Made by a program: the position numbers and the translations under genes | Notes under the pieces: model-generated | Database searches by the model: none | Seen by the model: the letters and a program-made list of their open reading frames with translations, nothing else | Told to the model about the DNA's origin: nothing | Origin: Actinomycetota bacterium | GTDB lineage: Bacteria; Actinomycetota; Actinomycetes; S36-B12; UBA5976 | Assembly: GCA_947373075.1 (NCBI GenBank) | Contig: CANBWF010000001.1 | Coordinates: 1-36,468, forward strand | Reading direction: 5' to 3' | DNA length: 36,468 nucleotides | Part shown: in pieces, positions 26,727 to 36,186 of the stretch | Layout of the letters: each line of letters starts with the position of its first letter | Numbering within the stretch: the first letter of the stretch is position 1

Positions 26727-28151
26727 ATGAATGCACACATAATACGGGTGAAAAAAATCCTTATTGCCGTTATGTTGCTTGGGCTGTCTACCGCCGGTGT
26801 GATCTTTAGCCCGGCTCAAGGTGCCACAGCGCCAAGGCATATCACAATTCATTATTACCGCGCCACATTGAATAGTTTGGCAACCGTGGCTAACGGGGTC
26901 TGTGCAGCTGATCCTTGCGGAAAGTATGATGGCTGGAACTTCTGGGTGTGGGGAGCAGCACTATCTGGGTACTCTGGATCAACTGACGGTTTTTCCGCAG
27001 CTGTGCCCATTGATTCGATGGATAAATTCGGCGCTAAGGCTACTTTTGAAATTGGTAGCAGTTCAAATGATGTTGGTCTGCTTGCCCGTATAGGTAGCAA
27101 CTGGGCTTGGGCTAAGGCTGATATCACGGTCGAGCGGTACATCAAACCCAACCCAACAGGCGACACTGAAGTTTGGATCAAGGAAGGCGACCCCCTTCTC
27201 TACACCTCAAACCCCAATGATCGCGTGTTGCGTATTCACTACAATCGTTCCGACAATAAGTACAGCGGATGGGATATTCAGACCCAAGAGTCAAACCCTA
27301 CTGATAACAAGGCCGTAGCATTTTCCACAAGAAATGATTGCTTTGGTCGAGTCGCTACTATCCAGGTTCCGGAAATTTCGCAGTCAACTCAGGATTACAT
27401 CTTGCGCAAAGGTGGCAACTCTGGAACCTTGAAGTCTCACGTATTCACTGCCAATTTAAATGAAAGCAAATACACAGATGTATGGCTCAATGCCAATCTC
27501 TTCTTAGGCGAAGACACCACGATCGATGAAGGTGACAGTACTTTTCTTGATCTGAATCAGCAGGACCAGAATCCAAACGGGAATCTGGTTGTGGTGCATT
27601 ACAGTCGACCGTTGCAAGATTATTCCGGTTGGACCATGACTACTTTGGCTGATGGGATAAAACATAAGTTCACTGCCGTAGATCCGTTATTTGGCCGCCT
27701 TGGCTGTGCTTATGTGTTAGATCTGACAGCAACTACCTCAATTATCAAGGTAACGAATGGGTCTAAAGTGGACTTGACTTTTGGCGAGGCATCAACCGGT
27801 TTGGGCGGCCAGCGCACTTTACATTTGTCTGGAGTAATCACCGATGTATGGCTAAAGCAGGGACGCCGCGACATTTGGGATAAGGAACAGGAGCCCGATC
27901 CAGCGGTGAAGGCCTTCCAGAAAATTGGCAAAGTTGTGACGCACTTGAAGGTTGGAAAATCTGCTGCAATACCAATGAAGTCCAACGCAAATTTGAAGCT
28001 TTCTTGGTATGTGATCACCCCAGCAAATTGCAAGATTTCCGCTGGCAAGGTAATCGCGCGCAAACCTGGTACTTGCAAATTGGATGTGACCCAAGTCGGG
28101 AATGCCGCGTTTAATGCTTTCACTTTGCAATACAGAATCACAATCAGTTAA
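26727..28151 (+). CDS. Secreted multi-PUD/CBM41-like accessory protein (cassette B paralog of 12876-14288)
   Basis: I prefer the ATG at 26727 (MNAHIIRVKKILIAVMLLGLSTAG...). It gives a normal signal peptide that aligns with the N-terminus of the paralog. The tracked 26655 start adds 24 non-signal residues. Signatures ITIHYYRAT...GWNFWVWG, LRIHYNRSDNKYSGWDI, VVVHYSRPLQDYSGWTM. C-terminal ANCKISAGKVIARKPGTCKL. Confidence 0.8.
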   Translation: MNAHIIRVKKILIAVMLLGLSTAGVIFSPAQGATAPRHITIHYYRATLNSLATVANGVCAADPCGKYDGWNFWVWGAALSGYSGSTDGFSAAVPIDSMDKFGAKATFEIGSSSNDVGLLARIGSNWAWAKADITVERYIKPNPTGDTEVWIKEGDPLLYTSNPNDRVLRIHYNRSDNKYSGWDIQTQESNPTDNKAVAFSTRNDCFGRVATIQVPEISQSTQDYILRKGGNSGTLKSHVFTANLNESKYTDVWLNANLFLGEDTTIDEGDSTFLDLNQQDQNPNGNLVVVHYSRPLQDYSGWTMTTLADGIKHKFTAVDPLFGRLGCAYVLDLTATTSIIKVTNGSKVDLTFGEASTGLGGQRTLHLSGVITDVWLKQGRRDIWDKEQEPDPAVKAFQKIGKVVTHLKVGKSAAIPMKSNANLKLSWYVITPANCKISAGKVIARKPGTCKLDVTQVGNAAFNAFTLQYRITIS

Positions 28152-28211
28152 TTAATTAGTGCGTTCAAGCTCTTTGGGCGACGCACATCGCTTTAATCCT
28201 TAGGAGGGAAT

Positions 28212-29423
28212 ATGAAAATCAAGAAATTTAGTGTTATTGGAGTGGCCGTAGCGAGCATGCTGAGTGCAGCTTCCATAGCGCCTCCAGCAGCTCAGGCGAG
28301 TGGCTCATTCGTAACTATGTGGGTTGCAAGTGATGTTGCAGGCGCCTATGCGACATGGGCGCAAGGGTATAACCGTACGCATCCCAGTGGGCGGGTCAAC
28401 GTTGTCGCAAAACCGGGATTTTCGGGCAAGGATTTATTGCAGACTGTGTCAGATTCTGATGCTCCAGATCTGATCACATCTAACCATGACGGCGTAGGGG
28501 TACTGAAAGCTCAGGGCTTTATCGTTCCATTAACGCTACCAAACGCGAGCCAGTTCTCTGCTGCAGATAAGACAGCATTTCAACTTAAGAAAATCAATTA
28601 TGGTATTCCGCTTAACATTCAAAATACTGCCTTCTTCACCAATTTAAACCTCGTTAAACGTGTGCCTAAGACTATGGCGGAGCTTGAAGCGGATTCGAAG
28701 GCTTTCTTGAAGAAGCACCCTAAGGCAAAATTCACCGTTGCTGTTCCACCCGAGGCATATCATATGTATCCATACTTCTCCGGACTTGGCGGATATATCT
28801 TCGGTGGGCAATCTGGAAATTGGAATGTGGGCGACGTCGGTATTGCCAACAAGAAATTCCTTAAGAATGCTCCCCTAATTGACAAATGGTATTCGGAGAA
28901 AATATTTAATCCAAACGTTTCTGGAGATTATGCTCTCGGTTCTTTCACAAACAATCAAGCGCCATACGCGATCACTGGCCCATGGAATATTAACAAAATT
29001 CGTTTCAAGCATATGAATTATGAAATTTCTAGTATCCCAGCACTTAATCTTGGTTTCAAGACTGTGCCGTTCGTCACTGCTGTCGGAGTATGCCTGACCA
29101 AATGGGCGAACCCAGCAAAACATAATGTGCAGCTCAAAGCAAATGCAATTTTGGCAGACTTAGCCAGCCCTAAGACGCAGTTGTTGCTGAGCAACGCCAT
29201 CGCAGCAAGTCCAGCGAACTTGGTTGCCAAAACTAAATTCAAGGATGTTGATGCGCGAGCCTTTGCAGCAGCAGGGAAGGGAGGCGTATACATGCCGAAC
29301 AACCTAGAGATGGCCGGAGTCTGGACGCCGCTAACAAGCGCTTGGAATCAGGTTAAGTCAAATAAGTATGCCGTCAACCGGTTCAAGACTGCATCAGCAA
29401 CTATCAAGGCAATGATCAACTAA
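28212..29423 (+). CDS. malE: MalE-like solute-binding protein, cassette B
   Basis: GGAGGG RBS. Signal peptide ends in PPAAQA/SG. Colinear with 14352-15560 (DAPDLI, ITGPWN, AYHMYP(F/Y)FSGLGGYIFGG). Confidence 0.85.
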   Translation: MKIKKFSVIGVAVASMLSAASIAPPAAQASGSFVTMWVASDVAGAYATWAQGYNRTHPSGRVNVVAKPGFSGKDLLQTVSDSDAPDLITSNHDGVGVLKAQGFIVPLTLPNASQFSAADKTAFQLKKINYGIPLNIQNTAFFTNLNLVKRVPKTMAELEADSKAFLKKHPKAKFTVAVPPEAYHMYPYFSGLGGYIFGGQSGNWNVGDVGIANKKFLKNAPLIDKWYSEKIFNPNVSGDYALGSFTNNQAPYAITGPWNINKIRFKHMNYEISSIPALNLGFKTVPFVTAVGVCLTKWANPAKHNVQLKANAILADLASPKTQLLLSNAIAASPANLVAKTKFKDVDARAFAAAGKGGVYMPNNLEMAGVWTPLTSAWNQVKSNKYAVNRFKTASATIKAMIN

Positions 29424-29451
29424 CTAAGAAGAACTGAGCAATCATGCTCAA

Positions 29452-29497
29452 AACGGAGTATGTGATAGCTGTAATTTGGCCTGTCACATACTCCGTT
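29452..29497 (+). promoter_or_regulatory. 14-bp hairpin in the malE-malF intergenic region, cassette B
   Basis: aacggagtatgtga (29452-29465) pairs with tcacatactccgtt (29484-29497). Extra pairing is possible inside the loop. No U-tract follows. Confidence 0.55.
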
Positions 29498-29536
29498 CCA
29501 TAAATGTTGTGACTATTCTGAAAGTGGAGTGTTTTA

Positions 29537-31030
29537 GTGATTGGGATTGTCTTCCGAATTTGTTTTCTAGGTCTAGTGGATTCACTGGCGTTTTGGGCAG
29601 GCTCACATTTACTAGTCTCAAGAAACTGGCTTGGTTTAGTCTGGCTTATTGCCGCTACCGCCACTATCAATTTTGTCTATATTTCTAAGCGGTCCAGGGC
29701 ATCCAAGTGGCTGTTGCCAGGCACTCTTCTCCTACTTATTTTTCAAATCTACCCGATACTTTTCACTGCAAGCGCAGCATTTAGCAACTACTCAACGGCG
29801 CACTTTGTTTCGCGTGATGAAGCAGCTTCAAATATTGTTTTGCAAAATATCCAACAGGTAGAGGGCAGCCCACAATATTCAATCGTTCCATTGCACAACG
29901 GGAACAATGTTGCACTTCTGGTTACAGACCCAAAAACAAAAAAGGTTTACCTAGGTTCAGAAACAGAATTTACTGAGATGGATAGTCCTAGTGCCCCAAC
30001 AGGCTGGAAGCCTTATACAGAAGAGCAGTTCTACGCTGATGCGGTTCAGGCCAAGCTAGGTAGTTTGCTAGTACCCATCCCTGAGCCAAAAGGGGCATAT
30101 CTAAAAGTTAATGATTTTTCTACTGCCTTCGCATTTGTCAGCGATGTAATTTATGACACCAATAGTGAAAAGCTGATTAGGGTCTCAGACCAATATGTTT
30201 TCCCCGAGAGGGAAGGTGCGTTCATCGATGAAGATGGTACAGCTTTGGATCCAGGTTGGCGGGTAAGTGTTGGTTTCAAGAACTTCAAGTCAGTTATTAC
30301 TGACCCGGTTGTTCGTGGACCATTCTTACGTGTGCTTATTTGGACTTTTGTATATGCAGCCCTCACTGTTTTGACTACATTCGCACTTGGCCTGACCCTG
30401 GCGCTTATTTTGAATCACACCCGGGTAAAGGGTAGAAAGTACTTACGCTCGGTGCTAATCATTCCTTATGCAGTGCCAGGTTTCTTGTCCCTTATGATTT
30501 GGGCTGGTCTACTGAATGATGATTTTGGCACAATAAATGCACTATTTCATTCGCACATACCTTGGCTTACCGATCCTGTGTGGGCTAAAGTTTCCACTTT
30601 GCTGGTCAATCTGTGGCTTGGCTTCCCTTACATGTTTCTGATTTGTACTGGCGCAATCCAATCCATCCCAGCTGAACTATCTGAAGCGGCTGAAGTTGAT
30701 GGCGCCAAGCCGAGACAAATCTTGATGAAAATCAAATTGCCGCTCCTACTGGTTACAGTTTCTCCACTCCTTATTGGCTCGTTTGCCTATAGTTTCAACA
30801 ACTTCGGTGGGATTTACTTGTTGACTGGTGGTGGGCCACCTGTGGCAGATTCTCAAATTGCAGGTGCGACAGATATTTTGATTTCGTACACATACAAGTT
30901 GGCTATGGAGGCAGGGCACGGAAATGACTACGGCTTGTCATGTGCTATCTCCATTCTTATATTCTTCATGGTTGCTGGAATAGCAACTTTGTCTTTCACT
31001 CGCACACGAGCACTCGAAAACTTGGGTTAA
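29537..31030 (+). CDS. malF: MalF-type permease, cassette B
   Basis: GTG start after GTGGAG. 497 aa. The first 93 residues differ from the 15674 paralog at 11 positions in my hand alignment. EAA motif ELSEAAEVDGAKPRQILMKIKLPLL. Confidence 0.9.
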   Translation: MIGIVFRICFLGLVDSLAFWAGSHLLVSRNWLGLVWLIAATATINFVYISKRSRASKWLLPGTLLLLIFQIYPILFTASAAFSNYSTAHFVSRDEAASNIVLQNIQQVEGSPQYSIVPLHNGNNVALLVTDPKTKKVYLGSETEFTEMDSPSAPTGWKPYTEEQFYADAVQAKLGSLLVPIPEPKGAYLKVNDFSTAFAFVSDVIYDTNSEKLIRVSDQYVFPEREGAFIDEDGTALDPGWRVSVGFKNFKSVITDPVVRGPFLRVLIWTFVYAALTVLTTFALGLTLALILNHTRVKGRKYLRSVLIIPYAVPGFLSLMIWAGLLNDDFGTINALFHSHIPWLTDPVWAKVSTLLVNLWLGFPYMFLICTGAIQSIPAELSEAAEVDGAKPRQILMKIKLPLLLVTVSPLLIGSFAYSFNNFGGIYLLTGGGPPVADSQIAGATDILISYTYKLAMEAGHGNDYGLSCAISILIFFMVAGIATLSFTRTRALENLG

Positions 31031-31042
31031 GGGGAACAACAG

Positions 31043-31975
31043 ATGACTACAGAAACAATATCCACATCTAAAGCAGGTTCACCTAGGAAAAGGAAGAATC
31101 AGCTTCAGCGCGGTACGGTTTGGTGGCGTTACATCGTCGCCGCCATAACCATCCTCTTCGCAATTTCGCCAGTGGTGTACATCATCATTGCTGCCTGCAA
31201 CCCTGAAGGAACGCTAACAACGTTTAACTTCTCAATTCATAGTTTCGGTTTGGACAATTTCCGATTTCTTTTTGGCCGTCATGACCTTAGTAGCGATGTG
31301 ACCTATCAGGCTTACCCATACATGCTTTGGTATCGCAACTCGTTGATGGTATCCCTACTTGCGGCAACACTTCAGGTCATAGTTGCAACCGCTGCCGCAT
31401 ACGCATTTAGCCGGTTGCATTTCAAGGGACGCCGACTTAGCCTTGGTGCTCTTTTGCTACTTCAGTTATTTCCTTCAGTTCTAGCCTTTGTGTCACTTTT
31501 CCTCATTATGCAAAAAATCGGAGCCGTGTTCCCATTCGTGGGACCGGGCACATGGGCTGGCCTGATCCTCATTTATCTTGGCGGGTCACTAGGTATTAAC
31601 ACTTATTTGTTGAAGGGGTTCTTCGATACCATTCCTAGAGAACTCGATGAAGCCGCAACTGTTGATGGGGCAAGTGCTAATCAGATTTTTATGAAAATTA
31701 TCCTTCCGTTAGCAGCTCCGATGCTTGCAGTCGTGATGCTGCTCGCATTTATTGGATTGATGAACGAATTCCTGTTTGCCAGCATTTTTCTTACTAGGTC
31801 CGATCAAATGACGTTGGCAGTAGGTTTGCGATCCTTAATCAATGGAAGATATGCACAGAACTGGGGAATTTTTTCTGCGGGAGCCATATTGGCAGGGCTG
31901 CCAATGGTGATCATGTTTCAACTTTTGCAACGTTTCATTGTTGAGGGCTTGGCGGCTGGCTCAGTTAAGGGCTAG
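31043..31975 (+). CDS. malG: MalG-type permease, cassette B
   Basis: 310 aa. GGGGA RBS. ELDEAATVDGASANQIFMKIILPLAAP. C-terminal QRFIVEGLAAGSVKG. Confidence 0.9.
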   Translation: MTTETISTSKAGSPRKRKNQLQRGTVWWRYIVAAITILFAISPVVYIIIAACNPEGTLTTFNFSIHSFGLDNFRFLFGRHDLSSDVTYQAYPYMLWYRNSLMVSLLAATLQVIVATAAAYAFSRLHFKGRRLSLGALLLLQLFPSVLAFVSLFLIMQKIGAVFPFVGPGTWAGLILIYLGGSLGINTYLLKGFFDTIPRELDEAATVDGASANQIFMKIILPLAAPMLAVVMLLAFIGLMNEFLFASIFLTRSDQMTLAVGLRSLINGRYAQNWGIFSAGAILAGLPMVIMFQLLQRFIVEGLAAGSVKG

Positions 31976-32099
31976 TCGAACCGAACACGCGGAAATAATA
32001 TTTTTCAAACATTTGCGCTCCAAGTCAGCAATTTATGCGTCCTTTAGAATCCAAGTCGGGCAATGCGCCTAACACGGTCGAATCCGCGGCGCAGTTATA

Positions 32100-34463
32100 A
32101 TGTTATTGATTGAGACTTGCCGTAAATGTGGGGATTTTGTGAATTTAGTTACAGCGGAAACAAAAAACATCGATTTATCCCATGCGCTACCGACTGAGTG
32201 GGCTCATTTATCAGCCGGTCAGGTCAGCATTTTCAATCCCACGTTGCACGATGATGGCGCCAACTTAGTAATCGCTTATCGGGTCGTCGGGCTAGTCGAT
32301 GAATTGCGCCGAATTGCAACTGCAAAACTTGATAACGACTTTCAAATCATCCCGGGCTCAGCCGTCCCGTTTTCTGATTTCATTGAATTCGCAAATCCTG
32401 ATGAACTTGATGAGAATTCGAAAACTTGGTTTGCTGATCCACGTTTTTTCAGATTGAACAATTCTGTCTGGATGATGTGGAATAACGGACATGTCGATGG
32501 CATTAATAAACAGTTCTTGATCGAAGTTTCAGCAGATGGGTTGCGTCCAATCGGCAAAGCTCGAGAGATCGTATTGACGGGAGCAAGGCGCAAAACCGAG
32601 AAAAACTGGAGTTTCTTCGAGAATCATGAAGGAATTTTCGCAGTTTATTCAGTAACACCACATCGAATTATTCAAGCTGATTTTTCTTCATCATTAGAAA
32701 TTAGGTGCCATCTCGTATCCGAGATTGATTGGTCAGCCAAGTATTCAGAATTGTATGGCGCCTTTCGTGGGGGAGCCGGCCCGATCCAAATCGGTGATAA
32801 ATTCCTGAATCTCGCACATTCAAGTTACCGAATGCCGGGGGGTCGCGAGTATGTCCCAGCAGTGTATGAATTTGAAGCACAGAATCCATTCAGACCAACC
32901 GATGAACTAGCTACTCCTATATTTGTCCCGGATGTGAAGCACAAAACTGAGGAAGAAACGGAAGATAGCCTCAACCCTGGAACAAGTCGCGTGGTCTATC
33001 CATCAGGAGCGATTCTTCGTGGAGACGACCTGATTTTCAGTATTGGAATCAATGATCATGAAATGGGAATCTCGCGTACAAGTTTGAGTGCCGTGCAAGC
33101 TGCGAGTCAGCCGGTAGCATCCGTGCGAGTTGCCGCTTACGACTACGCAAATCCTGAGCGGCCAGTTAGCCCGAATGTTGAGATTACGCAGACTCCAAGT
33201 GTCCCTGTGTTTTGGTGGGATGCAACTGGTGCGGTTATGTCTCCACTCAGTCGAGACTGGAAATTCAAACACGGCAACTTTGGCGATGAAGCTTCACATG
33301 AGTTGATTGATCTCCTTGGTCCAATAAAGGCTCGCAAAGTGCGCCCTGGTGACGTAAAACTTTTGGCAATCGGTTCCATTTTGCATCGTATGGGACCTGG
33401 CGATTTGGTCTGGGGTTCAGGTATCAAGCATCCCGAAGCACTCGATGAGTTACCTGTTTCAGATGTTGAATTCGCCGCAGTTCGTGGTCCACTCACCTTG
33501 GAAGCATTAAAGCGAAATGGTTGGGATACCTCAGGTATCAAAGAACTATTTGATCCTGGCTTACTTATGGCCAAGATTTTTGAAAAGGAGTTAGCAGCTT
33601 ACGACACCGCAAAAAATGATGTTTATGGCCCTGTTCGTTTCATTCCGCATTTTCGCGATGAATTAGTGATTAACAGAAATTATCCGAACCTCGCTTCAAG
33701 CTTCTTAACTGTGGATTGTCGTCCACTGGATATGTTGAAACGGATGCTAGGCGCGGAGAAAATTATTTCATCCTCGCTTCATGGTGTTATTTTTGCAGAG
33801 AGTTTGGGTATACCTGCTGTTTGGCTCGCATCTCCTGGCGGCGAAGGAACTTACAAGTTCTCCGACTATTACGCATCAACAGGCCGTGCATCAGTTAAAG
33901 TCTGCGAAACAGTAGAAGATGCGCTCAGGGCTACTCCTCCAGAATTACCTAAAATGGAATTTGAAAAGTGGCAAGCAACATTCCCGGCAGAAAGTATTGC
34001 TCGCTTAGCTAACGTGAGTCCAGTGCCGACATCGCGACCATTCCCAAATCTAGATACAACGTCACTTACCAAACTGCATTGGAGTTCTGAGTTTTCGCGT
34101 AATTTGGAAGGACTTTGGCTACTCGGTAACGACGGTGTACTCGCCCTTCCGCCGTTGCGAGTGTCCGATGACTCACAGTCAGTCACGATAAGTATTCGCC
34201 CTCGTCGCTTGATCCAAAATCCATCTCACCAAAATATTGAATTACATATCGGTGGATGCACGGCTCGCCTGCATTGGGCGCCAAACGACATTTCGATTCG
34301 GACCGTAACTTTGACTCCATCGGTTAGTGAATGGGCCACAGGAGTGCGCATCCATGTTCATTACGACGGTGTAGAAATGAAACGTAAGTTCCTGCGCGGC
34401 GCCCCTCAGCCAACTCGAAACCTATGTATTAACAAAGTTGAAGTAAATCAGGCCGAAGCTTAA
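32100..34463 (+). CDS. Cytoplasmic multidomain protein: N-terminal domain of unknown function (glycosylase or glycosyltransferase-like motifs), central polysaccharide pyruvyl-transferase-like domain, and an unknown C-terminal domain
   Basis: The pyruvyl-transferase-like part has HGNFGDEASHELIDLLG, KLLAIGSIL, VWGSGIK and SSSLHGVIFAESLGIPAVWL (about nt 33200-33960). The N-terminal part has IFNPTL...AYRVVG, ADPRFFRL and EKNWSFFE. The start is uncertain: a perfect TATAAT (32096-32101) overlaps the ATG at 32100, and an in-frame GTG at 32139 follows a GGGGAT RBS. Confidence 0.6.
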   Translation: MLLIETCRKCGDFVNLVTAETKNIDLSHALPTEWAHLSAGQVSIFNPTLHDDGANLVIAYRVVGLVDELRRIATAKLDNDFQIIPGSAVPFSDFIEFANPDELDENSKTWFADPRFFRLNNSVWMMWNNGHVDGINKQFLIEVSADGLRPIGKAREIVLTGARRKTEKNWSFFENHEGIFAVYSVTPHRIIQADFSSSLEIRCHLVSEIDWSAKYSELYGAFRGGAGPIQIGDKFLNLAHSSYRMPGGREYVPAVYEFEAQNPFRPTDELATPIFVPDVKHKTEEETEDSLNPGTSRVVYPSGAILRGDDLIFSIGINDHEMGISRTSLSAVQAASQPVASVRVAAYDYANPERPVSPNVEITQTPSVPVFWWDATGAVMSPLSRDWKFKHGNFGDEASHELIDLLGPIKARKVRPGDVKLLAIGSILHRMGPGDLVWGSGIKHPEALDELPVSDVEFAAVRGPLTLEALKRNGWDTSGIKELFDPGLLMAKIFEKELAAYDTAKNDVYGPVRFIPHFRDELVINRNYPNLASSFLTVDCRPLDMLKRMLGAEKIISSSLHGVIFAESLGIPAVWLASPGGEGTYKFSDYYASTGRASVKVCETVEDALRATPPELPKMEFEKWQATFPAESIARLANVSPVPTSRPFPNLDTTSLTKLHWSSEFSRNLEGLWLLGNDGVLALPPLRVSDDSQSVTISIRPRRLIQNPSHQNIELHIGGCTARLHWAPNDISIRTVTLTPSVSEWATGVRIHVHYDGVEMKRKFLRGAPQPTRNLCINKVEVNQAEA

Positions 34464-34546
34464 GAGTGCTGGCATCGTTGCCTGCAAACTGAGGCCAAGT
34501 TACCTGCTTTTTGCTTAGTTGAAGGGTAAATTATTCATATTGAGTT

Positions 34547-35257
34547 ATGAATAGGGCGATAATGAAATTGTTTCGTAAGGCCCAGATTTTTCTGCTACTG
34601 ATTCTCACTTCACTAGCAACGATTTTTCCTACCCAGGCCCAAGGCGTTGGCGTAAAGACAAGTTCTCCCATCACTTATCAGCAAATGGAATCGCTACTTT
34701 CTCGTGCTGGGTATCCTGTTGGCCGTGTGGATGGGTATCTAGACAACGACACTCGACGCGCGTTATGTCTCTGGCGTGATTACTCGGGCTTTAATGTTTC
34801 GCGAAATATGCCATCGATGCGTGAACGATTCCTGCTTGCAAAAGTAACTCGGCCAAAAGTTCCAGAGCGTTTAGTTACCGGATTAAACATCAGCCGCACT
34901 TGCCAGGCTGTTACTTGGGTATCTTTTTCAAATTTGAAGCAGACTCGATACGTTAAAGCGATTTACAAAGCTTCAACAGGTCAACCCGGTTTTGAAACTC
35001 GCACCGGTTCCTTCCACATTTACGCCCAGGTTGATAAATGGATGGAATCAGATCTTTATCCAGGGGCGATGATGTATCGGCCAAAGTTTTTCTCGGGTGG
35101 TCAAGCACTACACGGCTCGTGGTCTGATTCACTTGTTTTGCCTTATCCGGCTTCACATGGTTGTGTTCGTATGTTGCATAGCTCCATTGATTACATGTGG
35201 AGTCACGGCATTGGCATTGGCACAAAAGTTTTGGTTTATGGCGACTGGCGCGGCTAG
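34547..35257 (+). CDS. L,D-transpeptidase (YkuD domain) with an N-terminal peptidoglycan-binding-like domain
   Basis: Signal peptide or anchor LLLILTSLATIFPTQAQG. PG_binding_1-like LLSRAGYPVGRVDGYLDNDTRRALCLWRD. Catalytic motif HGSW....PASHGCVRM. Confidence 0.85.
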   Translation: MNRAIMKLFRKAQIFLLLILTSLATIFPTQAQGVGVKTSSPITYQQMESLLSRAGYPVGRVDGYLDNDTRRALCLWRDYSGFNVSRNMPSMRERFLLAKVTRPKVPERLVTGLNISRTCQAVTWVSFSNLKQTRYVKAIYKASTGQPGFETRTGSFHIYAQVDKWMESDLYPGAMMYRPKFFSGGQALHGSWSDSLVLPYPASHGCVRMLHSSIDYMWSHGIGIGTKVLVYGDWRG

Positions 35258-35280
35258 TCCGGATCTAAAAAATAAATTTT

Positions 35281-36135
35281 CTATTTTGATATTTGAGTTA
35301 CGCCCGCCAGCAACTGTTTTCGATTTGGCAGGTTATGTGAGAAGTAAATTAGCGCCTGCGTTCGGACTAAGGGCTCTAAATCAGATTGATTTTTTATCCA
35401 CTTGCGCAGAATCTTTATGTCTTGCACTTGACCAAGTTCCTTCTGCAACTGCTTAGTCCAAGCCTGAATATGAGGGCTTTGCAATAAATTAGTTTCGGCT
35501 GCTGCTTCGTATGCATAGCGACATTGTTTGGCCGCAATTCGCACCCGGTGCAGTTGTTTTGTAGTTGGCCGCTTTGGCAAACTGTCCAAGTGCTCAAAAA
35601 GTAGAACCCAAGTGTGGCTAATCGTTGCAGTAACTTTTGCCTGAGCTTTCTTCGGACCAAGTTCGGAAAATTTCTGTCGTATCGGTGGGTTCAATGCGTA
35701 ATTTGTTAGGGCTTTAAGTGCTAAATCCAGTTTGGGGGAGTCAAGCATCTTTTGGAGTTTGATTTCCTGATGTAATCGCTGACCCTGCAATCGGGTAATG
35801 AGCGGTTGTTTCACCTGGTCATTCTCTACTTTCACGACTCGCGCAATCATCGCGTCAAGATCTCGGATAGCGGAAAGTTTTGAGTTCAGCCAATCAAGTT
35901 GGTGCACAACATCGCTGGTTGACTTTCGGCGTAAGAATGGCGAAAACGTGTAAAGATGAGAATCGATGGTCCGAAGCGCAACTCGACAATCGTGAATTGT
36001 TTCGAAGCTTTTATTTTGACGCAAAGCAGTAATGTGTGAAATTAATTTAGTGGTATGGTTCGTCAGAATTGCAGAAATAAAATCGCTAGGCGCGAAGTAG
36101 GTATTTGCTCGCGTCATCTCTTGGTTCGAAGTCAC
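35281..36135 (-). CDS. CHAD domain-containing protein
   Basis: Helical protein with the paired CHAD signatures IHDCRVALRTIDSHL and LHRVRIAAKQCRYAYE. Convergent with the L,D-transpeptidase gene. Confidence 0.7.
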   Translation of the reverse strand: MTSNQEMTRANTYFAPSDFISAILTNHTTKLISHITALRQNKSFETIHDCRVALRTIDSHLYTFSPFLRRKSTSDVVHQLDWLNSKLSAIRDLDAMIARVVKVENDQVKQPLITRLQGQRLHQEIKLQKMLDSPKLDLALKALTNYALNPPIRQKFSELGPKKAQAKVTATISHTWVLLFEHLDSLPKRPTTKQLHRVRIAAKQCRYAYEAAAETNLLQSPHIQAWTKQLQKELGQVQDIKILRKWIKNQSDLEPLVRTQALIYFSHNLPNRKQLLAGVTQISK

Positions 36136-36186
36136 TATTAGATTGTTTCAGTTATAACTTTAAAAGTTCAAACAACGGCAGAGAAG

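Noticed and set aside
26540-26809. An 89-aa ORF, and the 26655 upstream start of the cassette B accessory protein
   Set aside because: The extension (MPALGRVSGIEFFRVNILRKSGFI) is not signal-peptide-like and has no counterpart in the paralog. The ATG at 26727 gives an N-terminus that aligns with 12876. The 89-aa ORF lies in another frame of the same leader and has no supporting features.
35097-35456. A 119-aa + strand ORF spanning the L,D-transpeptidase 3' end and the CHAD gene 3' end, and the 81-aa ORF at 35415-35660 (-)
   Set aside because: They overlap two well-supported genes out of frame. They have no RBS and no recognisable motif.
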